Below are positions 1-12,859 of a stretch of DNA of 64,000 nucleotides, one piece after another. Each line of letters opens with the position of its first letter. Position 1 is the first letter of the stretch. The DNA comes from Vitrella brassicaformis CCMP3155 (lineage: Eukaryota; Protista; Chromerida), in the NCBI GenBank assembly GCA_001179505.1, contig CDMY01000869.1, forward strand, positions 1 through 64,000. Direction: 5' to 3'. A model generated the notes under the pieces. The model was given only the letters and a program-made list of their open reading frames with translations, did no database searches and had not been told where the DNA came from. The position numbers and the translations under genes were made by a program.

Positions 1-1386
1 GGCCAGCTTCACAAGGCCGATGAGAAGGTCTGTGCTGAGGCTGCGCTCGTGGGCCTGAATACACATGGACACATACAAAGCAGATGTGACCCACACGGTT
101 ACCGCCTCTTTCTTTTCGTTGTGGGTGACGGACCGCATGTGTGCATACCTCATCAATGATCACGACTCCATAGTCGTCGAGGTTCTTGTTTGCCAGGCAG
201 TAGTTGACGAGAGATGAATCGGTGGTGAAGTGGGCAATGGGTGGGCGACCCGATGTCACTCTGCATCCAGGGAACTTGGGCACTGTGATGGATTGCGGAC
301 TGCCGTACTCATCCCCTACTCGCTTGGCCAACATTGAGGCAGCTATCTTCCTGCATACACGCATACAGACAGACAGACACCCAGGCACAGGCACATACAC
401 ACTGACAAGGCGTTCTTGTGCCGCGATGCCGCGCTGCGCTGGTACTGACCTTGGCTGTGTGCAAACGACCATCTTGGTGCCCGGGGTCAGCCCAAATCTC
501 TCTGCGCTCTCGGACACGTACTGAATGATCTGCGTGCTCTTGCCGGACCCCGTCTGTGCTGTCACGATGACCACAGGGTGCCTCTCAATCGCCTCCAGCA
601 GCACGCTGCGCTTGCTGTAAATGGGCAGACGATTGTCTGCGGTGGTGCGGAAGTCGAGGCACTTGAGCCGACGGCTGAACTCCATCTTGTGCATGTCACT
701 CTGGAAAGGGAGGAGCTGCTTGATCTCTTGCGCCTCGATATCTACTTGTTGCTGAGCCTCCTGCAGCGCCTTCTGCTCATCCAGAAGCGCTTCAATCGTC
801 TTGTCCACCTTGTCTGCACACAACCAGATGTATCTATCAATGGCAGTCATCTGACCACCTTCCCTTTCCTCTGCTGCCTACCTGTGTTGTAGTCAGGGTC
901 GTCATCTATCTGTTCCTCCTTCCGAAGCTCGTTCTCCACATCTTGCTGCACCGCTGCCAGACGTGCTCCCAGCTGGGGCTTGCAATTGTCCTGGCATCGC
1001 TCCAGCTTGGCGACCTCCGGCGGCACAATGGGCTGCGGTGGAGGCGGCCGCGCTTGACGTGGGCGGAGTGGGGCGGGAGCCGCGTTGCTCGCACTGCCAT
1101 CGTGACCGTTCCCGAGTGGAGAAGGTGGTGGTGGGGGTGGCCGTCGAGCACCCGAGGCAGTTGGGAGTTGGGGATGCAGGAACCCACACTTGTGACCCCT
1201 GGTGCAGCGGTTGTTGAGAAAGAAGTTGCAGACGATGGATGTGTCGTGAAGGAAAGGACAGGGATCTCTCGTGCATGCTCCCACGGCGTTGAACTGGCAT
1301 ATCTTGACGTGACGGAAAGCGCACCTATCGTTGCGGTAGCCGCTGGGGAGCTGATGGAACTTGCAGATGGCGGCCTGGGGAGCCAT
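1..1386 (-). CDS. CCCH zinc-finger DEAH-box RNA helicase (DEAH11/12-like); 5' part only, runs off the window start
   Basis: Exons 882-1386, 450-813, 149-350 and <1-54 joined at GT-AG junctions. They give three CCCH fingers, a coiled coil, then LPIYSKR..AQTGSGKSTQIIQY (motif I), CTQPR|KIAA (Ia) and VIIDE|AHERSLSTDLL (DEAH motif II). Confidence 0.9.
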
Positions 1387-1778
1387 GGTGGGGGAGCAGA
1401 GAAGATGGAGGTCAACCTGGGGTCAACCAAGGAAGGTCGCGACGCCAGTTGGTTCGTTCGTGTGAGTTCAGCTGAAAATTCCTGGATCGCAAAAGGCCAT
1501 GGGCTTGGCCGCCTAGGACATTCCGTGAAACTGCTCGGTGTGGGAGTGTGTTGAAGAGGGTGCTCCACCACTCCTCTCAGTTCTGGGGGATGAGCAGCTT
1601 TAAACACGTGGATGTGTCTGCGGTGTCCTGAGCGCGCGAGTCGACGCAGCGCATCTGACGAGTCATGTAAGTGCAATGAACACAAGCAAACTCACTGTGT
1701 TTCATCTCTTGTCTGTGCGTGCAGGCACACGGCGATCAGTGCGAGCTCAGATCTCCCAACGAGAAGAAGTCAAGAGTT

Positions 1779-4700
1779 ATGGATGCCCTGCTTGGCCAGG
1801 GCAAGTACGACGAAGCAGCAACTGCAGCACAGGCGGCGCTCGATCAGCTGAGCGCCTCGCCTGATGCCACTGATGCTGCTTTGTTCTGTCTGCGGCGCCG
1901 AGGGCTGGTGTGCATCCTCGTCAAGGCGCGGCTGCGATGCAAGACCTTCTCGGACGTTGTGCAGCGCGTCAAACCATTGCGGGAGGCGACACAAGAGGAG
2001 CAAGCACTGCGGCAAAAGGAGATGGCGGCACTGGCCAAGGAGATCAGCGATGCCGAGCGAATGAATCATCAGGCGGCCGGCGCCTCGAGTCATTCGTCCG
2101 CCCGCGTGCTGCCAAGTGAGCTGCTGCTGTTGGTGGAGTCACTGATTATCCATGCAGATCTGCTCGACGCACTGGGGAGGACCGTCGAGGCAGCGGAGAG
2201 GTGCGAGTGGCTGTTTACTGTGCTGCACCTCTTGAGCACGGCCTGTCCTGCCTCAACAGCCGCCACATCTTGGTCACAGGACAGCCTGCAGGAGCATGAG
2301 AGGGATCACCAGTCGACGAGGGATCACCGCTATGTGGGTGCGGCCGCTGTTGTTGAGAACGCCGCCTTCATGCCGGCCTACCACTATGCCATCATGCGCA
2401 TGCCACATCTGCTCACCAAGGCGGCGGCACACTCCAGGGGACATGCTACTCAGGTGAAGATGATGTCTGATTCGGATGACCCCGCGCCCCTCTTTGCCCC
2501 CGATCCCTGTCTATCTGCTCTCGTCAAGACTTGGAGGATGCCGGGGCACCGGGCAGAGGTCAAGTGGTGTTTCAACCGGCGCATTGTGCAGGCAATGTGG
2601 GCGTACCGGTCAGCTCTGCTGCGGCCGGTCTACCCCCTGCCGCCGGCCTTCCACAAGGCCCTCAGGAGTGGGCTGGCCAAACTGCTGCTTTACCACTGCT
2701 CTGACACCGACTACACCCCCTTGACGGGTGGGACAAAGGGCGGGGCGCTGACGGCCAGACATCATGACAAGGAGAACGTGTTCATGCCGCAGAGTCGAGT
2801 GGAAGAAGCGCTTCTATTGCTGGGGTACGGACCTAGGCACATGAAGGCGGGGCGGTCATCTGGCCGGCCGGCTGGGAATGTGTGTGGTGTGTGCATGCAG
2901 GTTGTCCGAGTCTGTCGACTTCTGGCTGTTGAGTCGCGAGAAGCAGACGGCAAAGGGCCAGGACGGTGCAAGCAGCCAGCAGGCATCAGATGACCCCGAC
3001 AGGGACAGCCCCGGGGCCCTGCTGCTCTCGCAGGACCACATCCACATGGCCACCCTGCCGTCGACAACGGTTCAGACTCAGCCCCTGTGGCTACCCCGAT
3101 GCGACTCCCACCTCATGCCGCCTCTGCCCTGCAACCCCCGCATCAACCCCTTCATGCAGCTGTGGGAACCCATACCGCCACTCGCAAAGCGCAGCCGAGG
3201 CGCTGGAGACGTCAGGACCACAGAGGAGGGCCTCTCCTTCACCGAGGGTGATCCGACTAGTCCTCACAGCGACGTCAGCCTCTCCCTCTACCCGCCGGCC
3301 CGGCTGCTGGAGCGCTCCATGGTCTTCTTCCTCAACTCGTCGGCTGCCTGGCTCCGCTTGTCGCTGGCCAAGTACGTGGATGGCTTTGTCAGCCTCACCA
3401 TTAAGGCGATGGAAGAAGCAAACAGAATACACAACGTACGTAAACCTAACACCCACACGGACCAATATCACACACGCTAGCTAGTTTGTGCCCACCTCTG
3501 TTTGTTTGTGCAGGGTGAGGGTTTTCTGGCGGCGGCGGCATTGCTGCGGTCCGAGGAGGCGCGGCTCAAGGACCCTGGGAAGATAGCCAGGCGCGACGCC
3601 TTTGAGGACCTCTTCGACTCGGGCTTTGCGGTGATGTTTCATGCCACTGAGATGCTCAATGACGCACAGCCACTCAAAGTGAGATCAGCAAGGGCAGAAC
3701 ACATGGAATGCATGCCGTGGTTTATGTCAGCTGTCTGTCCTTGTGTTGTCAGGCCCTGGAGCTGCTGGCAGTGCACCTGCCAGCATTGCAAGGGGTGGTT
3801 CGCGGTCAGTGTCTGCACGCCATGGGGATAGCCCACTTCATGATGGCTCGTCAGAGCATCGTCGCTGACACCCGCAAACACCACTACAACACGGCCGAAC
3901 AATTCCTCAGGGTAAGCTTGTAATTATCGAGGAGGAAGAGGACAAGGAATGGCGTCACTGGTTGTGATTGTTCCCCCGGTTACCTACCAGGAGGCGTGGA
4001 AGATGGACTCATCTAACGCACTGGTCGGCTTCTATCTGGCGTTAACCCTGGCCCACCTGAGTGTGGTGCCCCCCTTGCCAGCGCACCACCCCCACTCGCA
4101 CTCATCTGCAGGGGGCAGGAGGGGGCCTGATGCCATCCGCGAGGCTCGCCAAGTGGTGGACAGAGTCATCAACCTCCCAGGCGGAGGCGGCAGGTGCCTC
4201 CCACAGGTACCACGGCAGGGAGGGAGGCAGGGAGGGAGGGGTGTGTTCAATGAGCAACTGTGTCTGTCGTATTCATGGTTGTCTGTCACCCAGGTGTGGG
4301 GTCTCGCAGCTCTGTTGCGGTCGATTGTTCTCGTGCGGCACCCGGACCACAGCCCCCAGGCACACAAAGACACGGCCAAAGGCGGGGGGGTCGCTACTGA
4401 CAATGACAACACAGAGGGCCTCAGGGCAGCCCTCACGCTCATCCATGAAGGCCTCATGGAGCATCCCAACAGCTGCCTTTTGTGGGTCATCCGGGCGAGC
4501 CTCATGGCAGCTGGATCGCCGCCACCCAGCCACATCATTCCCCGCCCTCGGGTCCACCGTGAGGTCTCCCCCGCCCGCAGGGAAGCGGCCGCCCATTATC
4601 CGTTGATGTCTTCTGAGGCCCACGATCGCAGGCGGAGCGAGTCGGTGTACGAGAGGGCCCGCAGCTCCACGTCGGTCCGCAGCCACAGTGCCTCGCCGCG

Positions 4701-5820
4701 GCGGCGGTCTTCTCAGAGGGGATCGAGACTCGTGCAGCACCACACAAGGACGATGGAAGCTGTCCCGGATGTGCCCACCTACTTCGACTACACGCCCAAG
4801 GACTCCATGAATGCAGCCAACACTCCTGCAAAGGTGAGACAGACAGACAGACAGACAGACAGATCAACTGATGGGCTGCAATCAAATCGATGAATGGGAT
4901 GCGCCTGTGGGTGTGGTGTGGTGTCTTGCTATCCCTGTCGGTTGGTTGCTTCAGCTTGCGGTTGAGACTTTGTGTCCTCCTGGCGGCGTTGCCCCCTCCC
5001 TTGCCGACAGCGGTGCAGTGTGGCAGCAGCCCGTCCCTCCCGACTACAGCACACAGGGCAATGCAGGAGTGGCGTCGGGCGAGCATGGCCCCGATGATGC
5101 GTCCTTGTGGCTGCTCAAGGCAGGCCTGGCCAGGCGTGTGGGCGCGCCCGATGCACAGGCTATACAAAGGGCCAAAGCACACACGCCAGCACAGACGCAG
5201 ACACACGGTAGGTACGGTGAGTGAGTGGGAAACTGAGGGAGGGAGGGACACATGCCATGTGAGCGAGGAATGAATGAGGATGTCTTAGGTACTTTCTGTA
5301 CGTTATTGTCTGTCTGTCTGCTGGGTGTTCTCAATGTTGGTCAGAGTCTTTGGGTGTCATGTACGAGTGCTGCTGGCTGGATGCCTCGGAGGGTCGTGTG
5401 AAGGACGCCCTGTACAGCCTGGACCAGCTGCTGGTGCTCCACCCACACCATGCACCCGGCCTGCTGCTCAAGGCCAGGCTGCTCATGGCCTCCCCTCACA
5501 GCGACGAAACTGCTGCAGCCGCCGCATCGTCACTTATACAACAAACCCTCAACATAGACGACATGTGAGAAACCAAACAACCTACCGCACAAGGAGGTGC
5601 GGTGCATCCATCGCTGGCTGGCTGGCTGGCTGAATGCGGGTCGTGTCACGTGTGTCGTGTGTGTGTTAGGTGGTCGGCTCCGCATTTCGCATCCGCCGAG
5701 GTGTTGGAGGCCGATGATCTGTATGAGGATGCCTTTGATGCACTGCATGTGGGCTACTGCGTCAAGCAGCTCTCACCACCCCTCACATACGACATATTCC
5801 CGGTGGCGTTTGGCTGCTAG
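1779..5820 (+). CDS. TPR-like scaffold protein, TTC7/Ypp1-like (multi-exon)
   Basis: Helical-repeat exons (ALVGFYLALTLA; ALTLIHEGLMEHPNSCLLW; DALYSLDQLLVLHPHHAPGLLLKARL). The C-terminus AEVLEADDLYEDAFDAL..KQLSPPLTYDIFP matches the TTC7 terminal pattern as I recall it. A 5'UTR intron lies at about 1669-1724. Confidence 0.65.
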
Positions 5821-6093
5821 AGCCTCTCGTGTGCGGCGGTCGTGTAATGAGTGTTTTGTCAGTGAGGGCTTGCAGCGGGGGTGGGGTGCTGAGAGTTTGG
5901 CAGGCGGGCGGGCGGGCGGGCGGGCAGAAGAATGAATGACTTGGTTGGCCATTTATACCCATGCGGCAGTGACATTCGGACGTACATCATATATGATATC
6001 ATCATCGTATCTGGCCAGACATCTATCTGTCTGTCTTATGTACATAAAGTATAGGCCCAACTGCCGTAAATGGACCAAGGAAGCATCGCATTG

Positions 6094-8833
6094 CTAGAAG
6101 TAAGACCTCTTGGCGGCCCTCTTCCGCTCTCGCGCCCCCTGTGACAGGGACGCACCCGCTTCTCGCGAAACGCTGTCGTCGGCTCCTGGACCAATCTGAA
6201 GGGCAAGGGCAAGGACACAGGGAAGATGTGGAAAGAGGTCTGTCCGCTCCTCGGGAGTGTACCTGTTCGATGACCGTGGGCACATCCATAGGGATTGCAT
6301 CCTCGTCGTAGGACGCACTGTCCCTATTCCGCCTCGCATAGCTGCGACGAGACGGCACCAACTGACACACACAACACATAATGCAATCCATCCATCCATG
6401 TCTCCATGACGGCGTGTGTCGTGGCGGCCTGGGCTACCTACCTGTAGAAGTCCGTCGTCCGCTCTGATCATTTTGGTGAATTCCTGTGCGTCTGAAGTCT
6501 CGACGTGCTGCTTGGGCATCCGCGGCAGCAGCTCCTTCTTGTGGAGCATCTTGCGACGCCGCAGAAAGGCCAGGTGGTTCTCGGCCTTGAGCCTGAAGTG
6601 GAGCTTCTTGAGGGCGATGCGGGTCTGGGGACTGACACAGTTGCGGCTGGGCGGCAGATTCCACCGACGTCGGCCACCCTTCTTCAACTTGGAATTCCTA
6701 CACACACACACACACATACCCATGCGCCCGAAGTGGTCAGGCGGGCAGGTATGTATGTATGTGTGTGTGCAGCGACCTGAGTTTCTTGATGGCTTGGTGT
6801 CTCCGCTCGAGTGCAAGTATCTTGCGTATGTTTGATGTGGCGTATCTGAGGTCCAGGGGGTTGCCGGCCCGAGCTGCCTCCTTGATCTTCTTGACCAAGG
6901 GGATCGTTCGACGAGTGAACAAGGTTGTCACGCGACCTGCCATGCCAGGGAGGGCATACACACATTACATTGAAGGCACATTAATTAACGTGTGGACGGG
7001 AAGCACGTGAGGTTGCCTTGCCTTGCTGACTGCACTGGTTGGTTGGTTGGCTGACCTGCCTCTCCGCCCCTGGCTGTGCGTCCGACTCTGTGAATGTAGT
7101 CGGCGAGTGTGTGTGGGAAGTCGTACATGACGACATGCTGCACGTCGCTGAGGTCCAGACCACGAGAGGCCAGATTGGTGCACACCAACACGTTGCTCTT
7201 GCCGCTCTGGAACTCATAAAAGCTGTGCCCATATGGGAGTGGAGTGGAGTATACCAGAACAGACAGACAGACAGGGGTCAGCAATTGATATGCAGCCGTC
7301 CTTCCCTCCGTGGTATGTCTGTACACGTGTGTGTGGTGACGAACTGACCTCTTTCGTCTCATTTTGAAGGGCAGCTCTCCGTGGAGTGACGACACCGAGT
7401 AGCCCTTCTCCTGCAATGTCCAGTCCACAAACCTGCACACACACACACATATACATCAGTGGGCATGTCCCTCTCTCTCCCGCCCCACCCACCTGCAGCT
7501 TTTGACGGTGTTGCAGAACACCATCGTCTTGGCGCCCTTCACCTGCACAGTATCCAGTGACAATGGCCGTTGCCCTCAGTGTAGATGGTACCTACCATTT
7601 TTTCTTCGAGGACTTCGTGGAGTCGTGCGGTTCGTTCTTTGCCCTGAAGGGGTACGAAGACCTGCTGCAGTGCGGGCACGGTGAGGTGTGCGTCTGGGGT
7701 CATCATGGGCACGAGCTCCTCTCCCAGGTGGTTACGCACAAACGTCGACACAGCACCCGTACGAGTCGCACCCACCTGGCGGGCGGATACATACAAGCAA
7801 ACAAGGCAAGGAAGGCACAAAGCACACCACAAGTTCACGGCGCTTGACTAGGGAAGGGTAGGGCAGCCTTCCTTCCCTCCACATCTGTTTACATACCATG
7901 ACAATTTGTGGCTTGGGTCTTTGGTTGCGGTGGGGCCCCTGTTTCCTCAGCAGCCGTATTATCTGCAGCACTTCCTGCTCGTAGAAGGTGTCGCACAGCG
8001 TGTCGGCCTCGTCGATGATGAGGGCGTCGAGGTGGGTGAGGTGCATGTTGCCCTTGTCAAGGTGGAAGAGCACCCGCCAGGGCGTGCCGATGACGACATC
8101 GACCCCCTCCCGAAGCGCCTTGACCTCCTTGACGTATGACAGCCCCGCACTGCATGCCGTCGACTGGACGGGGAACTGCCGCACCGTCTTGAGGATCTGG
8201 GCGGCCATCTCGCGGGTGGGGACGAGTATGAGGCACTGAGGCTTCATGGGGGTGGCGCCCAGCCGCTCAGTGTCCTTGTCGATGAGCCTGTTGACCATGG
8301 GCAGCACGTACCCGAGTGTCTTGCCGCTGCCCGTCTGGCCGATGACCAGCAGGCTCTTCCGCTCCATCAACTTGGGGATGATCAGCTCCTGCACAGGAGT
8401 GGGAGTCGCCAAACCCAACCTGATCAATCAATGAATGCAATCAATGCAGTCGTATACACACACACAGTGAGAGCAGAGCGCAGGACTGCGGGTATCGCAT
8501 CCCTTGCCTGGCCTCCTCTCTCCCCGGCTGGCTGGCTCCTTACTTGAGGAGTGCGAGTTGCACCTCTCTGGTGAAGGGGTAGCGGTGGAACGTTGACTGC
8601 AGACTTATGCGGGACCTCGCCTTCTCACCACTGCCGCTGCTGCTGCCTCTCCTTGTGCCATCGCTGCCGTCTTTCTCAGTCGCTGCAAACCGGATGTGCA
8701 GATTGCCGGGATCGTTGGCCACGTGAGTGGCCGTGCTGGCAAGCCGCACTGCGGGTGCAGTGGTCCGCACAAGCACGGCTAAATCGTATCTCTGGCGAGG
8801 CGGCAGGATGCGCCGACACAGCCTGGTGGTCAT
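6094..8833 (-). CDS. DEAD-box RNA helicase, probably mitochondrial (DDX28/Mrh4-like)
   Basis: Q motif PTPVQ, GQTGSGKT, LVPTRE, GTPWR, DEAD, LHGE, CTNLASRGLD and YIHRVGRTAR. The N-terminus is Arg-rich and acid-free (MTTRLCRRILPPRQR). The last exon ends KRSYF*. Confidence 0.9.
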
Positions 8834-8944
8834 CTTAGCATTGATGCAATCAATAGATGGATGAATAAATGGATAGATCTCTGCCTTCTCGCGGTAGCTA
8901 CCGCTCCACCGCGCGGAGACCCTGCCTCTTGTCGCCCCCGCGTT

Positions 8945-8954
8945 TGCGAGCTTA
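8945..8954 (-). promoter_or_regulatory. TAAGCTCGCA motif between the divergent DEAD-helicase and thioredoxin genes
   Basis: The plus strand reads tgcgagctta. The motif recurs in other divergent intergenic regions. Confidence 0.6.
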
Positions 8955-9025
8955 ATGGTTGCAGATCTCTCGTTCCTCTGACCCTTTCCCCAGAGTCTTG
9001 AAAGGTTCCCTGCTTGCTGGCGGAC

Positions 9026-9793
9026 ATGTTGTGGTGCATCATCTATGGCTTTGCCTGCTTATTACTGCACAGCGCATGTGCATTTGTATCGCCCTCCCTG
9101 CCGATGCTTTCACCACAACAACGGTACGGTACACACATCACATCACGCCAGTACACTGCATGCCGTCCGTCCATACTCGTACATTGCAGCTTTTGCTTCC
9201 CTTCACTCAGGTTTCGTTCATTGTCATCACTGTCACGGTGGCGCAGGGAGAGGTCAGGGGTGGCCTCGGCAGCGTGGGCAGCCATCTCGATAGACAGCGC
9301 TGAAGAGCTGGACAAGGCCGTCAAGTCAGCCGATGCAGTGGTGGGCATGGCATTGCAGGCAGACCGCACCCCTCCCTGCACTGCACTTGACTGAGATGAT
9401 GGTTCCAACCTTCAGGTAGCCATGTACTCCACGACTTGGTGCGGGCCGTGTAAGATCTGCTTCCCTTTGTATGAGGAGCTCTCCGACAAGTTCCCATCTG
9501 TGGTCTTCCTCAAGGTCGAGGGCGACAGCACCAAACAAGGGCAGGCACTCATGAAGCGGTACGTGCGTCGGTCTTGAGCATGCAATCCAGAAGGCCAGGG
9601 CGGCCACTGCAGCGATGGATGGGTGTGCGGCCATTGTGTGTGTCTGTGCGTGTGTGTGTATGGGTGCAGGGAGAATGTGCGTGCGGTGCCATCGTTTCAT
9701 TTCTTCAAGCAGGGCAAGAAGGTGGACAAGATCAATGGTGCGGCCATGCAAGATGTGGAGGCGTTAGTCAAGGAAATAGGGGTCCTCACATAG
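9026..9793 (+). CDS. Thioredoxin with bipartite (signal plus transit) leader, probably plastid (Trx-f-like)
   Basis: Spliced product MLWCIIYGFACLLLHSACA-FVSP..., an S/R-rich transit-like segment, active site YSTTWCGPCK, then VVFLKVEGD and VRAVPSFHFFK; ends EIGVLT*. Confidence 0.85.
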
Positions 9794-10451
9794 CCTAGCT
9801 AGCCGCTCCGCTCCCGGGCAGTAGGTCGGTACGCATGTCATGTACGTACGTACGTACGTACGTACGTGGGGGGGAGGCAGGCAGGCGGGGAGGGGTCGAG
9901 GTGGGTGGCCTGGACTCACTTCATTCACTGTGCCACGTGACGTGGGGGGGTGGATGCGACCCCGTTTTGGCCCATATCATATGCGAGAGGACTGTGAGAG
10001 TGATTTATCGGTGTGGGTGCGTGCAGCGGATGACTGACTGAGCCGCTATGGAGCCTTTGACGCACAGACAGATGTATGTATTACATAAGGGTTTGAGAAG
10101 AAGCAGTCATGTCACGCAGCACAGCACGCAGCAAAATCCAGCCATATATGCATGTCGTTGGCGGAGCGAAGGAGACAGACCCCCACCAGACGCCGTACTC
10201 ACACACACACTCACATGTACGTACATAGCAGACAAGAGTGTAAGTAAGTCAGCTGGCCACGTATGCATGGAGGTATGGTGTCCTTCATAGTCATCATCAT
10301 GACGGTGAGTGAGTCAGGGCAGTGAGTGGGCGAGCAAAGGTAAAGCATATCGATCGCCGATAGGCAGCAACACGCACCCGACCCGACAGACACCGGTGGC
10401 TTGGTCAAGGCGTCGGTCGGGTGGGTAGTCCCCTCCATTACAGTCAATAGT

Positions 10452-12006
10452 CTAAGACTTGCAGGCGTACGTTCTGCACACACAAACACACACACACACA
10501 CGATTACACCCACCCATCAGATGTGAGAGCAAGTGATAGTCCACCGACCTGTTCCACTCCCGAGCTGCAACCATCCCGTCCACACACACAGGCAGAAGTG
10601 ACAGCACACCCATCCCACCCACACGGGTCTAGTCAAATGACGGATGTTTGTGTGGGTGCGGCAGGCCGGCCCACGTTGGGATGGTCAGCTTACCGACGTT
10701 CTCTGCGTCCCGTTTGTTCTGCTTGAAGTGGTCGGCCACCGATGTGTCCAGGGGGTCATCCGGCTCGGGCGACGAAAGCAACGCCTACATGGACAGATAC
10801 GCATCCCATCCCGACGCATAAACAATTCAGTAGCTGGCTTGTAGGCATGCTGTGTGTGGGAGTGTGTGGGAGTGTGTGTGTGTGTGTGGATGGACGGCTG
10901 GCGGTTTGTTCATTGGCTCACTTGTATGGAGAGCAGCACGGTCCGTATTTGGAGTGCGGGGCTCCACTTGTCCTTCAACACGTCCAAACAAATGCGACCC
11001 AGCTTATCCTACATCGCATCCATGCAGCACGCCACCACACCACACCAGCAACACAGATCGATATACACAACCACCGACGGGCACACTGTGATGTGATGCG
11101 GTCGGTGTATTGCNNNNNNNNNNNNNNNNNNNNNNNNNNNNNNNNNNNNNNNNNNNNNNNNNNNNNNNNNNNNNNNNNNNNNNNNNNNNNNNNNNNNNNN
11201 NNNNNNNNNNNNNNNNNNNNNNNNNNNNNNNNNNNNNNNNNNNNNNNNNNNNNNNNNNNNNNNNNNNNNNNNNNNNNNNNNNNNNNNNNNNNNNNNNNNN
11301 NNNNNNNNNNNNNNNNNNNNNNNNNNNNNNNNNNNNNNNNNNNNNNNNNNNNNNNNNNNNNNNNNNNNNNNNNNNNNNNNNNNNNNNNNNNNNNNNNNNN
11401 NNNNNNNNNNNNNGGGGGGGGCGTTGTGTGTGTTGCTGGGGATGGATGCGTCTGTGCGTACGATATTAGGGTGGTATATCTTGGTGAGGAATCGGACTTT
11501 GGGCGGCTCCATGGGGTAGCCCTCGGGCAGGAAAAGCTCCAAATGATACAAACCATCTGCACACACACACACACACAGAGAGATACATACAACAAACAGA
11601 ACAGTCGACGCCACCCAAAGACGCGTCAAGTCCTAGTGCGCCCTTGGTTCCATCTGTCTGTCTGTCTGTCTTTCTGTGGCCACCCATCCACCCATGCACG
11701 AGTGCCTGCCAGTCCCCCTCCCTCCCTCCCTCCCTATGTGTATGCGTGTCCACCCTTTCACTCACCTTGGTATGGGGTGCCCTCGGGTCCCTCCATCAGC
11801 ACCTTGAAGTAGCGGTAGTTACCCGAGTCGGGCTGCGCATTGATACCGGGAGCTGACACACAACACACACACAGCCGCGGTACAACCAACACACACCACA
11901 GGAAGAGTACGCGACTGCCTGTCTGGTGTGGCTGCTTACGAGGCTCCTGGCTGAGTTTGAGGGTCTCCTTCTCGATGCGCTTGGGAATGCCCGCCTGCTG
12001 CGCCAT
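10452..12006 (-). CDS. UBC13: Ubiquitin-conjugating enzyme E2 N (Ubc13)
   Basis: [58 protein letters not shown]|[29 protein letters not shown]|[12 protein letters not shown]. Includes a 16-nt exon at 10549-10564. Confidence 0.95.
11114..11413. other. Assembly gap (300 N) within a UBC13 intron
   Basis: N run followed by a G homopolymer. Confidence 1.
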
Positions 12007-12346
12007 CGCACCACCAACCGCCGATACAATGCGTCTACTCTACGCCAACAACGAGCCCACGAGCACGCCCGAAGACAGCACGATCTGCACGCAGACAACA
12101 CAGCCAGCCGGGTTCACACACCATTCTAACACGTGCGTCTGGTCATGCAGCGACGCAAGAGGCGGGCCGTCGTCCGCATCACGGCCCGGCCTTGCTCTCT
12201 GGGTGAAAAGAGGTTGTTTGCTGGCTGCTGCTGACCTGCGCTATGTGCTGCGTGGCAGATCTCGGTCCCTCTGTCCGTCTGCCCTCGTCGCGCTCGCCGA
12301 TTCTCGAACTCGGCGAAATGGGGAGGTGGATTCCGTGAAACGAATA

Positions 12347-12356
12347 TGCGAGCTTG
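12347..12356 (-). promoter_or_regulatory. CAAGCTCGCA motif between UBC13 and the secreted orphan
   Basis: The plus strand reads tgcgagcttg. Confidence 0.55.
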
Positions 12357-12859
12357 GGTACCAAAACCTCAGCTCCTGTTTGACTTTCCACTTTGGTTAT
12401 ACACCGGCACAGCAGCGACAGCAGCAGCGACATCAGCACAGCAGCGCAGCAATGCACTCTTGCAGGGAGGACTGGCCAACTATGGTCAAGGTAGACCGCA
12501 GGTGTTGTACCGAAACGTACCTTGAAACCTTGCTCCCTCCGAACCCTGGGGTTCTTCGGTCGCAAGGTTTGAAGGTACGTTTCGCTGTCTCACAAGGCAG
12601 CGTAGTAGTAGCTCCAAGAAACGTGGGCACATTCGGCCGCCAGGGGGCAGCGCATGACGGGCAGCATCGTTGTGTGCCGGGCAGCAGATGTGTCTGTGTG
12701 CACGTGGTCGCATCATTGTTTGTTCGTGCAAGTGCGCGTGTGTGCGTCTGAGTGTCTGCATGGCGCGACGAATACCAAACATCTCGACCATCCTGGCCAA
12801 TGTTTACGAATCAGATCACGGAGCTTGATCTCGCATTTCTACTAGTTTCGGCCTCGACG

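Noticed and set aside
906-1685. Long alternative-frame and antisense ORFs here and throughout the track (e.g. 943-1554, 26679-27353, 30463-31245, 57595-58239)
   Set aside because: They are shadows of GC-rich real exons or read through microsatellite introns (VCVCV/THTHT translations), with no independent protein signatures.
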